From the NCBI GenBank assembly GCA_963813155.1, contig CAWEYG010000002.1, positions 640,001 through 704,000 on the forward strand: a stretch of DNA of 64,000 nucleotides. Reading direction: 5' to 3'. Shown here piece by piece: positions 17,292 through 30,112 of this stretch. Each line of letters begins with the position of its first letter. Positions within the stretch are counted from its first letter, which is position 1. The notes below the pieces were generated by a model. It was not told where the DNA came from, did no database searches, and worked only from the letters and a program-made list of their open reading frames with translations. Source of the stretch: an uncultured Acidobacteriota bacterium. Lineage in GTDB: Bacteria; Acidobacteriota; Thermoanaerobaculia; UBA5066; DATFVB01. Position numbers and translations under genes: made by a program.

Positions 17292-18539
17292 CTACCGGAA
17301 GCGGATCTTCGCGAAACGGCGCTTGCCGACGCGCAGGCGAATCTCCGAGCCCGCGGATCGAGAGACGGCGAACTTCGGATCGGTGACGCGCTCGTCGTTC
17401 ACGTCGACGGCGCCCGAGGAAATCAGGCGCCGCGCTTCCGCGACCGACGGGGCAAGGCCCGCCTCGGCGAGGAGTTTCGGAAGGGCCCCCTCCCCCGCCG
17501 CCGGAAGAGCGATCTCCTCGGCATTCGCCGGGTCTTCCCGCCGCGAGAAGACGCGGACGAATTCCTCCTGTGCGGCCTTCCCCGCCTCTTCGCCGCCGTG
17601 GAAGCGGGCGACGATCTGCCGCGCGAGGCCTTTCTTCGCGTCCATCGGGTGGAGGCGCCCTGCCGCGACGTCGCGCTTCCGGTTTTCGACGTCTTCGGCG
17701 GTCTCGTCGGTCAAAAGAAGGTAGTAGCTCCACATCGTCTCGTCGGAGATCGACATGATCTTGCCGAACATCTCGCCGGGCGGGTCGTTGACGCCGATCG
17801 CGTTGCCGAGCGATTTCGACATCTTCTCGACGCCGTCGGTCCCGACGAGCAGCGGCACCGTCATGACGACCTGCGGTTCGAGGCCCTCCTCGCGCATCAG
17901 GTCGCGCCCGAGCAGGAGGTTGAAGAGCTGGTCGGTGCCGCCGAGCTCGACGTCGGCCTTCAGCGCGACCGAGTCGTAGGCCTGCGACAGCGGGTACATC
18001 AGCTCGTGGAGGGAGATCGGCTGGTGCGCGCTCCAGCGCCGCGCGAAATCGTCGCGCTCGAGCACGCGCGCGACGGTGATCCGCGAGGCGAGACGAACGA
18101 ACCCGTCCGCGCCGAGCGGCGGCCGCTTCTCCGGGCCGCCCCCGAGAAACCACTCCGAGTTGTAGCGGATCTCGGTTTTCTCCGGGTCGAGGACCTTGAA
18201 GCACTGCGCGGCGTAGGTCTCCGCGTTCTTCTCGATCTCCGCGCGCGTCAGCTGCGGGCGGGTCGACTTCTTCCCGCTCGGATCGCCGATCAACCCCGTG
18301 AAATCGCCGATCAGGAAGATCACGCGGTGGCCGGCGTTCTGGAAATGGCGCATCTTCAGCAACAGCACGGTGTGTCCGAGGTGGATGTCGGGAGCCGACG
18401 GATCGAAGCCGACCTTCACCGTCAGCGGTTTCGCTTCCCGTTTTGAACGCTCCAATTTTCGCTTGAGATCAATTTCATCGATCACATGCGTGCAGCCCTT
18501 TGTCAGGGCTTCGTAGTTGACGTCATCCGGCCAAGCCAT
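17292..18539 (-). CDS. tyrS: Tyrosine--tRNA ligase
   Basis: GFDPSAPDIHLGH, GDPSG, QAYD, GGTDQ, KMSKS, C-terminal S4 domain. Confidence 0.96.
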   Translation of the reverse strand: MAWPDDVNYEALTKGCTHVIDEIDLKRKLERSKREAKPLTVKVGFDPSAPDIHLGHTVLLLKMRHFQNAGHRVIFLIGDFTGLIGDPSGKKSTRPQLTRAEIEKNAETYAAQCFKVLDPEKTEIRYNSEWFLGGGPEKRPPLGADGFVRLASRITVARVLERDDFARRWSAHQPISLHELMYPLSQAYDSVALKADVELGGTDQLFNLLLGRDLMREEGLEPQVVMTVPLLVGTDGVEKMSKSLGNAIGVNDPPGEMFGKIMSISDETMWSYYLLLTDETAEDVENRKRDVAAGRLHPMDAKKGLARQIVARFHGGEEAGKAAQEEFVRVFSRREDPANAEEIALPAAGEGALPKLLAEAGLAPSVAEARRLISSGAVDVNDERVTDPKFAVSRSAGSEIRLRVGKRRFAKIRFR

Positions 18540-18642
18540 GTTCCGGGCATTATTTCCCAAGACCCTTCAAAACGGGAGAGAACTCTCGGCCGCGTCCGGG
18601 AGCCGGCGTAATCCGCCGCGGATCTCCGTCGTCCAACGGAGG

Positions 18643-19383
18643 ATGGCGCGCGTCCGGCTTCTCTTCTCGGCTCTCTTCCTTTTCGCGGCCTCGGGAATCC
18701 CCGGCGCGGCTTTCGCGGCTCCCTGCGTTTCCGACGCGACGACGCTCTGCCTCGGCTCGGGACGGTTCCAGGTCCGGGTCGACTGGCAGGCGCTCGACGC
18801 GGGCACGAGCGGGCAGGGGCAGGCGTCGCCGCTCACGGCCGCGTCCGGAAGCTTCTGGTTCTTCGACAGCTCCAACCTCGAGCTCGTCGTCAAGGTTCTC
18901 GACGGCCGGGCGATCAACGGCCGGTTCTGGCTGTTCTACGGCGCGCTCTCCAACGTCCAGTACACGATTACGGCGACCGACACGCAGACAGGCGCCGTTC
19001 GAACCTATTTCAATCCGCAGGGAACGCTCGCGAGCGCCGCCGACACGTCGGCCTTTTCCGACGCTCCGGCCGGATCTCAGACGGTCACGATCGACGTCTC
19101 GCAGTGGAACTACAACCCCGGCGGTCCCGTCTCCGGTCCGCTGGTGCTGACCGTCGGAGTCGACTACACGCTGGTCTTTCACTCGATCGACGTCCAGCAC
19201 GGGTTCTCGGGGATTTCCGATCTCGGCATTCCGGGCACCGACGACATCTCGCCGGGAACCGAATTCTCGGTGCGCTTCACTCCCCAGGCCTACCAGCGGG
19301 GGAGCTATTCCTTTCAGTGCACCCACGTCTGCGGCGATTTCGACTCGCACCTCGGAATGACCGGAATACTTCGGGTCCAGTGA
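18643..19383 (+). CDS. Secreted protein: conserved extracellular beta-domain fused to a CuA-like cupredoxin
   Basis: Signal peptide; LCL..RF.V..W...FWFF..N.ELVVKVLDG..NG.FW.FYGALSNV domain; C-terminal DVQHGF...CTHVCGDFDSHLGM. Confidence 0.75.
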   Translation: MARVRLLFSALFLFAASGIPGAAFAAPCVSDATTLCLGSGRFQVRVDWQALDAGTSGQGQASPLTAASGSFWFFDSSNLELVVKVLDGRAINGRFWLFYGALSNVQYTITATDTQTGAVRTYFNPQGTLASAADTSAFSDAPAGSQTVTIDVSQWNYNPGGPVSGPLVLTVGVDYTLVFHSIDVQHGFSGISDLGIPGTDDISPGTEFSVRFTPQAYQRGSYSFQCTHVCGDFDSHLGMTGILRVQ

Positions 19384-19399
19384 CCGTTAAAATCCTTCT

Positions 19400-20566
19400 G
19401 TGGCGGAAATCGAGGACCTCAACCGGCTGATCGCCGACCTGAACGCCGGCGCGGAGCCGGGAGATGCGTCGCTCGAGGCGGAAAGCGCCCTGCTGTCGGA
19501 GGTCTCCGAGCCCGATCCGCGGCTCCATCGGTGGCTCGCCGCCATGATCGCCCGCAAGGCGACCGACCTGTTGCTCGTCGCCAACCTTCCGCCCGTGCTC
19601 CGCCGGGGCTCCTCGGTCGAATTCCTCGGAGACGACAAGCTCGAAGGCTCAGACATCGAGCGCGTGCTTTTGCCCGCCCTGAGCCCCGGACATCGCAAGG
19701 ACTATCGGGAACGCTCGAGCGCCGACCTCTCCGTGAAGGCGGAAGGCACCCGGTTTCGGGTGAATCTCCACCGCGAACGCGGCCGCGCCGCGGCGGCGAT
19801 CCGCGCCCTTCCGTCCGAAGCTCCGTCGCTGGCTTCGCTCGGGCTTCCGCCGGGCGTCGAGAAGCTCGTCCGGCTGCCCCACGGGCTCGTCCTCGTGACG
19901 GGGCCGACGGGTTCCGGCAAGACGACGACGCTCGCCGCGCTCGTCGGCGAAATCAATCGGACCGCCTCGAAGCACATTCTCCTGATCGAAGACCCGATCG
20001 AATACGAGCACGCTCACCGGAAATCGATCGTCGAACAGATCGAGATCGGCAGCGACTCCCCGGATTTCGCGTCGGCGCTGCGTGCCGCATTGCGGCAGGC
20101 GCCCGAAGTCATCGTGGTCGGCGAAATGCGCGATCCCGAGACGATGTCGATCGCGCTGGCCGCGGCCGAGACCGGGCACCTCGTCTTCTCGACGCTGCAC
20201 ACCTCCGACGCCGCGGGGGCCGTGGCCCGCATCGCGGACTCGTTTCCGCCCGAGAGGCAGTCCACCGTGCGGCAGGAAATCGCGATGGCGCTCGCGGCCG
20301 TCCTGTCGCAGCAGCTCCTTCCGCGCGCGGACGGCACGGGACGCATCGCGGCGGCGGAGCTGCTCCTCGTGACGTACGGGGCGCGGCAGCACATCCGGAA
20401 GAACGCGCTGCAGCATCTGCACCAGGAGATCGCGCTCTCGCGAAAGAACGGGTCGGTGTCTCTCGAAGAGTCGCTTGCCGCGCTCGTCGGCCAGGGTCTC
20501 GTCTCGCCGGAAGACGCGCGCGCCCGCGCGAATCATCCGGAAGAATTCGACTCGCTGCGGCGCTGA
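19400..20566 (+). CDS. pilT: PilT/PilU-family retraction ATPase
   Basis: GPTGSGKTTT, EDPIE, LRQAPEVIVVGEMRD, AETGHLVFSTLHT. Confidence 0.88.
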   Translation: MAEIEDLNRLIADLNAGAEPGDASLEAESALLSEVSEPDPRLHRWLAAMIARKATDLLLVANLPPVLRRGSSVEFLGDDKLEGSDIERVLLPALSPGHRKDYRERSSADLSVKAEGTRFRVNLHRERGRAAAAIRALPSEAPSLASLGLPPGVEKLVRLPHGLVLVTGPTGSGKTTTLAALVGEINRTASKHILLIEDPIEYEHAHRKSIVEQIEIGSDSPDFASALRAALRQAPEVIVVGEMRDPETMSIALAAAETGHLVFSTLHTSDAAGAVARIADSFPPERQSTVRQEIAMALAAVLSQQLLPRADGTGRIAAAELLLVTYGARQHIRKNALQHLHQEIALSRKNGSVSLEESLAALVGQGLVSPEDARARANHPEEFDSLRR

Positions 20567-20578
20567 CCCGGCGCGGCT

Positions 20579-20602
20579 GTCACTCCCGCGAAAGCGGGAG
20601 TC
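20579..20602 (+). repeat. REP hairpin (left unit of a REP doublet)
   Basis: GTCA-CTCCCGC-GAAA-GCGGGAG-TC. Confidence 0.75.
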
Positions 20603-20642
20603 GCTCTCGGCGATCGACCAGGGGAACCGCTCGGGCGATCCT

Positions 20643-21676
20643 TTGATTTCACAAACGAAGTGCAACACCTTCTGATGGGGGTGCTGCGATGGGGCGCCAA
20701 TACGGGCAGCTTGGGATCCAGGAACGGTGTGAGATTGCCCGGCGTCGCTGCGCCGGGCAATCGATCCGGCAAATCGCGGCAGGTCTGGATCGCGCGCCAT
20801 CGAGCGTTGCTCGGGAGCTGAAGCGCAACAGCACGACGTCGGGCGGGTATCAGCCCGTTTACGCCGGTCAACAGGCCAAGGCACGGCGCTGGACCGGCAG
20901 CAAACTGTTGCGTCGGCCCGACCTCCAGGCTCTGGTCTTGGACCGCCTCAGTCAGGGATGGTCGCCGCAGGAGGTCGCCGGCAGGCTCGCGCGCGAAGAA
21001 GGCCGGCCGGTTGTCAGTCATGAAACCATTTATCGCTTCATCGCCGCTCAGATCGCTCGCACCAAGGATTACTCCTGGCGGCTCTACCTCCCCCGCGGCA
21101 AGAGCAAGCGCGGCCGACGCTCCCCAAAACACGGCAACTCGACCGTGCACATCCAAAACCGTGTCCCCATTGCTCTGCGACCCCCAGAAGCCAGCGACCG
21201 AACCAACCCTGGCCATTGGGAGGCCGATCTCATGCTCTTTGCCACCTATGGGCAGGCCGTCTTGGCCCTTCACGAACGTACTTCTCGACTGACGGTTATC
21301 CTGCGTCAACAAAGCAAGGCCGCCGCACCTCTTGTCTCTACCATCGAAAATCTTCTGCGACCTCTTCCCCCGTCCCTGCGCCGCACCGTGACCTTCGACA
21401 ACGGAACCGAGTTCGCTTTCCATCACCGCCTGGGAAAAACCCTCGGAGTCGAAACATTCTTTTGCGATCCACGGTCTCCTTGGCAGAAGGGCGGAGTCGA
21501 AAATGCCATCGGCCGGCTTCGTCGCTTCCTCCCCCGAAAAACCGACCTGGCAGTCCTTCCCACGAGCCTAATCCTCCGCCTTGCCCAGCTCTACAATCAC
21601 ACACCTAGGAAATGCCTTGACTTCCAAACCCCGGCCGAGGTCTTCTCTCATCTGTTGCACTTCAAATGTGAATCCA
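20643..21676 (+). mobile_element. IS30-family insertion sequence
   Basis: Imperfect terminal IRs (TGATTTCACAAACGAAGTGCAACA / TGTTGCACTTCAAATGTGAATCCA, 19/24 matches); CCT on both flanks; lower GC than host. Confidence 0.9.
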
Positions 21677-21699
21677 CCTCCCCGCGTGCGCGGGGATGA
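20689..21699 (+). CDS. IS30-family DDE transposase
   Basis: N-terminal HTH (SIRQIA..L.R..SSV.REL.RN), WSPQEVA, SHETIY, HWEADL, TFDNGTEF, PWQKG..EN; reads through the right IR into the REP. Confidence 0.93.
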   Translation: MGRQYGQLGIQERCEIARRRCAGQSIRQIAAGLDRAPSSVARELKRNSTTSGGYQPVYAGQQAKARRWTGSKLLRRPDLQALVLDRLSQGWSPQEVAGRLAREEGRPVVSHETIYRFIAAQIARTKDYSWRLYLPRGKSKRGRRSPKHGNSTVHIQNRVPIALRPPEASDRTNPGHWEADLMLFATYGQAVLALHERTSRLTVILRQQSKAAAPLVSTIENLLRPLPPSLRRTVTFDNGTEFAFHHRLGKTLGVETFFCDPRSPWQKGGVENAIGRLRRFLPRKTDLAVLPTSLILRLAQLYNHTPRKCLDFQTPAEVFSHLLHFKCESTSPRARG

Positions 21700-21700
21700 C
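21679..21700 (-). repeat. REP hairpin (right, inverted unit)
   Basis: TCCCCGC-GTGC-GCGGGGA-TGAC, inverted counterpart of the 20579 unit. Confidence 0.75.
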
Positions 21701-21717
21701 TTCGCCTCGCGGCGAAG

Positions 21718-22653
21718 TCACTTCGCCGGAAGCGCCGCGAGCATCTCCTTCGATGTCTGCGCCTGGTCGCCTTTCGGCGCGAGCTCGAGGTACTTCTGGA
21801 AGTGCGTGCGCGCCGGCGAGTAGCGCTTCAGGTTGTACTCCGACATCCCGAGCCAGAAGTACGCGTTCGCCATGTCGGGCTTCAGCGAGACCGCCTTGTT
21901 GAAAGATGCGGCCGCGCTCGCATAGTCGCTTGCGGTGTAGGACTCGACTCCCGAGTTGTAGTTGACCTCGGGGTTGTCGGCGTTCGCTTCGACGAATTTC
22001 TGCTTGTAGGCCAGGGCGCTCTTGGTATCTCCCGCCTTCTGCGCGGAGTCCATCAGGATGCCGTACAGGTCGTTGTCTTTCGGGTCGAGCTCGATCAGCT
22101 TTCGGCCGCTCGCGAGCGCCTTCGCATAGTCCTTTCGCTCGTAGGCGAGCTGCGAGAGGACTTTCCAGGCGGACGCGAGATCCGGCTTCGCCGCGACGGC
22201 GGAATCGAATTTCTTCTCCGCTTCCGCCTTGTCCCCCTTCTGGATGAGGTCGACGCCCTCGTTGTACGACGCGACGCCGGGATCGATTTTCGGCGCCGGG
22301 GGCGCGGGAGGAACGATCGGGGGATGGAGCGTGAGGTCGACTTTCGTCTCTTTCGTGCCGTTCGGCTTCATCTGTGTCTGGCTCGGGGAGAAACCGTCCC
22401 TCTGGACGCGGATCGAATACGTCCAGCTCGAGTTGGGGACGTCCGTGGACCAGCGGCCGGCTTCGTCGGACGTGAGCGCGAGGTTGACGGTCGCGAGACT
22501 CGAAGTCGTGACCGTGACCGAAGCGCCGGAAATCGCCTGCCCGCTCTCATCAACGACCGTCCCGGAGAGCCGGCCTTCCGCGGCGAACGCTGCCGACGAA
22601 AACACAAGAAGCGCTCCCGCCGTTACGGCGAGAGGACGTAAAACAAATCGCAT
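21718..22653 (-). CDS. Secreted protein with carboxypeptidase-regulatory-like domain and TPR repeats
   Basis: Signal peptide; G.LSGTVVDESG..ISGA.V; Pro linker; TPR helices ending YLELAP. Confidence 0.85.
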   Translation of the reverse strand: MRFVLRPLAVTAGALLVFSSAAFAAEGRLSGTVVDESGQAISGASVTVTTSSLATVNLALTSDEAGRWSTDVPNSSWTYSIRVQRDGFSPSQTQMKPNGTKETKVDLTLHPPIVPPAPPAPKIDPGVASYNEGVDLIQKGDKAEAEKKFDSAVAAKPDLASAWKVLSQLAYERKDYAKALASGRKLIELDPKDNDLYGILMDSAQKAGDTKSALAYKQKFVEANADNPEVNYNSGVESYTASDYASAAASFNKAVSLKPDMANAYFWLGMSEYNLKRYSPARTHFQKYLELAPKGDQAQTSKEMLAALPAK

Positions 22654-22713
22654 CTCGAGAGGTCCTCCCTGTAGGCGGATTCTAGAGAGAAAACAGCCAA
22701 AATCAAAGGGTTT

Positions 22714-26396
<3,683 letters not shown>

Positions 26397-26400
<4 letters not shown>

Positions 26401-28286
26401 GCCCGCACGCTCGACTCTTCGGAAGCGCCCGCGGCGCGGCGGGGAACCGCCTCGAGAATCTTCTCGACGAGCGCGTAGCGCTGCATCGGCATGATGTGGA
26501 TCCCCGGCGCGATCCCGGCGATCTCGGCCGCGAGCTCCCGCGCGATCGCGAGCCCTTCGGCGGCCTCGAACTCGGCTCCCTTTTCGGACGCCCTCCGCAT
26601 CCGCGCGATCGTCTCGTCCGGAACGACCATTCCGGGGACCTCGTTGGCGAAATAGAGCGTCTGCTTGAGAGTTTTCAGCGGAATCAGCCCGATGAGAACG
26701 GGGATCTCGTTCGCTTCCGGCCGCCGAAAGAACGTCTCCAGCGCGGCCGGATCGAAAACCGGCTGGGTCTGGGCGAACGTCGCGCCCGCCTCGATCTTCG
26801 CACGGAGCTTGGAGAACTCGACTTCGAGGTCGCGCGCGGCGGGGTTGGCCGCGCAGCCGATCGCGAACGCCGTCGCGGCGCCGATGGGATTGCCGACGAG
26901 ATCGGAGCCGGCGTTCAGGATCTTCGCGATCCGGAGCAGTCCGAGCGTGTCGACTTCGGACACCTGGTGGCCGTTGGGATAATCGCCGATCTTCAGCGGG
27001 TCTCCCCCGAGGCACAGGAGCGCCTTCAGGCCGAGGCCGGAGGCGCCAAGAAGGTCGGACTGGATCCCCAGCACGTTGCGGTCGCGCGTCGTGAACTGGA
27101 CGACCGACTCCAGGCCCGTTTCGCGCTGGATCAGGCCGGCGACCGCGATCGACGACATCCGCAGGCGGGCCATCGGGTTGTCGGTGACGTTGACCGCGTC
27201 CACGCCGAGGGCCTTCAGCTGTCTCGCCGCGAGGATGGAGCTCGAGCAATCGGCGCCCTTCGGCGGCTCGACCTCCACGGTCACCGTGAATGATCCGCGC
27301 GTCGAAAGCTTCCTCTTGAAATGGGAAGTTTCGATCGCCGTTTGCCGCCGAACGGTCGGGAATCCGTCCGCCGGCGCCGCCTCGGCCGAGACCGCGAGCG
27401 GACGTCGCGACGCGCCCGCGAGGGCTCGCGCCATGGCGCGCGTGTGCTCGGGCGTCGTTCCGCAGCATCCCCCGACGATCGCGGCGCCCTTGTCGACGAA
27501 CTCGAGGGCGTACTCGCGAAAGTAGTCCGGCGAGGCGTTGTACACGTTGCGGCCGCGGATGAGGGTCGGGTAGCCGGCGTTCGGCATCACCGAGAGGGGG
27601 GCCGGGACCCGCGAGGCGACCTGGGAAAAGACTTCGAGTGTCTCCTGCGGCCCCAGGGTGCAGTTGATGCCGGCGGCGTCCGCTCCCGCGGAGACGAGCG
27701 TGTGCAAAGCGTCGGCCGCGCGCTCGCCGAACGCCGTGCGCCCGTCGCCGAAAAACGTCATCTGCGCGACGATGGGAATTTCGGGCGAAAGCCCGCGCGC
27801 CGCGCGGACCGCCTCGGCCGCTTCGAGCAGGTTTCCGAACGACTCGAGCAGGAGGAGATCGACTCCCGCTTCCAGCAGAACGCGGATCTGCTCCTCGAAG
27901 ATCTCGCGGACCTGCGAGAGCGAGAGCGCTCCGTAGGGCTTGACCATCGCCCCGAGCGGACCGACCGACGCGGCGACGAAGATGTGCTCACCCGAGGCCG
28001 CCTCCCGCGCGAGTCGAACGCCCTCGCGGTTGATTTTCTCCAGCGAGTCCGCCCAGTCGTGCTCACGGAGTTTCACGCGGTTCGCGTCCCACGTATTCGT
28101 CGTGAGAATCCGCACCCCCGCGTCGGCGTAGTCTTCGTGGATCTCGGAGACCGTCTGGGGCGCGACGACGTTGAGAGACGACCTCGCGCTGGAGGGCTCC
28201 GCTCCCCTCGTGACGAGGAGCGTTCCCATCGCCCCGTCGGCGAGGAGGATTTCTTCGGCAAGTGCTTTTCGAAACGATGCGGTCAT
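26397..28286 (-). CDS. yitJ: Bifunctional homocysteine S-methyltransferase / methylenetetrahydrofolate reductase (YitJ-like)
   Basis: DGAMGT, GGCCGT in the N-terminal half; VEVEPPK, RDRN, GDP, AQTQP in the MTHFR half. Confidence 0.9.
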
Positions 28287-28287
28287 G

Positions 28288-28321
28288 AAAAAAGCCCCTC
28301 ATGCGTAAGTCGATGAGGGGC
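28288..28321 (-). terminator. Riboswitch expression-platform terminator
   Basis: GCCCCTCAT-loop-ATGAGGGGC followed by TTTTTT, ending just before the ATG. Confidence 0.8.
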
Positions 28322-28346
28322 AGTTCTTCCGGTTCTTTCGCGAGCC

Positions 28347-28490
28347 TCTCATCTGTCCCCGCGATCAGCTAGCCGCGATCGGCTACCGGATCCGCCGGGG
28401 TGGGATTTGGCACCTGACGCTTTCCGCGCGATACGGAACCCGGTTGCCGCGGCTTCGCAGGGCCCATACCCTCCGCCGCTCTGGATGAAA
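28347..28490 (-). ncRNA. SAM-I (S-box) riboswitch
   Basis: TTCATCCAGAG-CGGCGGAGGG..GGCCC..GAAGCCG-CGGCAACC...GGTGCCAAATCC...AGATGAG on the minus strand, upstream of the met genes. Confidence 0.95.
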
Positions 28491-28506
28491 TCAAAGATCC
28501 GAAGTC

Positions 28507-28536
28507 ATGCTACGCGGCGTCCGGACGCCGTGTCAA
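28507..28536 (-). promoter_or_regulatory. Sigma-70 promoter of the met leader
   Basis: TTGACA-18 bp-TAGCAT upstream of the aptamer. Confidence 0.65.
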
Positions 28537-28659
28537 GCATTCCGGTTTCGGGAATCGATGTCCGAAAACCGGAAATGCCCTTGCCCAACCCCTGCCGAGA
28601 GAATCCATGAACTCTTTGTCGAATAACGAGTTGTTTCCATGATCCCGAGGGCAACGGTC

Positions 28660-28675
28660 GGGACCGGCTCTTGCT
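28660..28675 (+). promoter_or_regulatory. Candidate sigma-54 (-24/-12) promoter
   Basis: GG-N10-GC in GGGACCGGCTCTTGCT; long dyad at 28537-28578 upstream. Confidence 0.4.
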
Positions 28676-28700
28676 CCATCCCGGAGCCGGGAGGCAGGAA

Positions 28701-29081
28701 ATGCGAATTTCGATGATCGGACACCAGTACCAGATCGACATGAAACGCTCGACTTTCCGCTGGGAGGAATCCGCCGCCGACACGAGACAGGGCTCGGGAG
28801 TGGAGTATCACGTCGACCTCCGCGGGAAGGCGGACCGGAACTGGCGCAAGACGTTCTATCTCGTCCAGTGGGACTACTTCGGTCAGTTCAAGTTCCACCT
28901 GAGAGAAGACGGAAAGGCGATTTCCTTCCATCGCGGGACGGACGAATCGCTCGACCACGAGGAAATGCTCTTGAAGGCGCTCGAAGTCCTGATGAAGATC
29001 GTGAACACGAGCGCGTCGAGAAAGCCCGTGGAGTTCCTCAGGGCCGAAGGCCAGTTCCAGGGAGCGGCTCTCGCCGTTTGA
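28701..29081 (+). CDS. Hypothetical cytoplasmic protein
   Basis: RBS-like GGAGG/AGGA; host-like codon usage; stop overlaps the next ATG. Confidence 0.65.
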   Translation: MRISMIGHQYQIDMKRSTFRWEESAADTRQGSGVEYHVDLRGKADRNWRKTFYLVQWDYFGQFKFHLREDGKAISFHRGTDESLDHEEMLLKALEVLMKIVNTSASRKPVEFLRAEGQFQGAALAV

Positions 29082-30079
29082 TGATGCGAATTCTGATTGC
29101 CGACGACGATCCCCTTTCCCGGAACGTCCTGGAGAAGTCGCTCGCGGATTGGGGCCACGAAACTCTCACCGCAACCGACGGAATCCAGGCGTGGGTCTCG
29201 CTCCATCGGGACAACCGGCCCTCGATCGCGATCCTGGACTGGCACATGCCCGGAATGGACGGCATCAAGATCTGCCAGCAACTGCGGAAAGAAGCTTCCG
29301 GCAACTACGTCTACGTGATCGTTCTCACCGGAAAGAAAGAACGAAAGCACCTGATTCAAGCCCTCGAGGCCGGGGCGGACGATTTCGTTTCGAAGCCCTT
29401 CGAGCCGGCGGAGCTGCAGGCCCGCCTGCAGGTGTCCCGAAGAATCCTCGAGCTCGAATCGGCGCTGATCGCCTCCCGCGAGGCGCTGAAGGCGGAGGCG
29501 ACGCACGATTCGCTCACGGGAGCCTGGAACCGGGGAGCGATCCTCGGATTCCTGGAGCAGGAGCTCGCGCGAGCGCGGCGGGACGGCACCTCGGTGGCGA
29601 CGATGCTGTTCGACCTCGACCATTTCAAGCTCATCAACGACCGGTACGGACATCCCGCGGGAGACGCGATGCTTCGGGAATTCGTTCGGCGAACGGAGGC
29701 AACCGTGAGGTCCTACGACGCGGTCGGGCGCTACGGAGGGGAAGAATTTCTCGTCGTTCTGCCGAACTGTGGCACCGAGAACGCGATCCCTCTCGCGAAC
29801 CGGATCCTGTCCACGGTCGCAAAGACCTCCGTCTGCGACCGCGAACACGAAATGGGAATGACCGCGAGCGCGGGAATCGCTTCGACCGAAGGCGACCCCG
29901 AGAGAACTGCAGATGACCTTCTCCGGGAAGCCGACAAGGCCCTGTACCGGGCCAAGCACGCCGGGCGAAACCGCGCCGCGGTCGCGCCAGGCGGGGAGAT
30001 CGACGTCACTCCCAACGTCGTCATTCCCTGGAGAACGGGGAAAGCGGCGGGCCTCAGCCTTGCGGCCGCTCTTCCTTAG
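29081..30079 (+). CDS. REC-GGDEF diguanylate cyclase
   Basis: ILIADDD, LDWHMPGMDG; DSLTG..NR, DLDHFK.INDRYGH, RSYD I-site, GGEEF. Confidence 0.93.
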   Translation: MMRILIADDDPLSRNVLEKSLADWGHETLTATDGIQAWVSLHRDNRPSIAILDWHMPGMDGIKICQQLRKEASGNYVYVIVLTGKKERKHLIQALEAGADDFVSKPFEPAELQARLQVSRRILELESALIASREALKAEATHDSLTGAWNRGAILGFLEQELARARRDGTSVATMLFDLDHFKLINDRYGHPAGDAMLREFVRRTEATVRSYDAVGRYGGEEFLVVLPNCGTENAIPLANRILSTVAKTSVCDREHEMGMTASAGIASTEGDPERTADDLLREADKALYRAKHAGRNRAAVAPGGEIDVTPNVVIPWRTGKAAGLSLAAALP

Positions 30080-30112
30080 GGTTCTTTTTTGTCTAAACTA
30101 AGTCGTCTGGCG

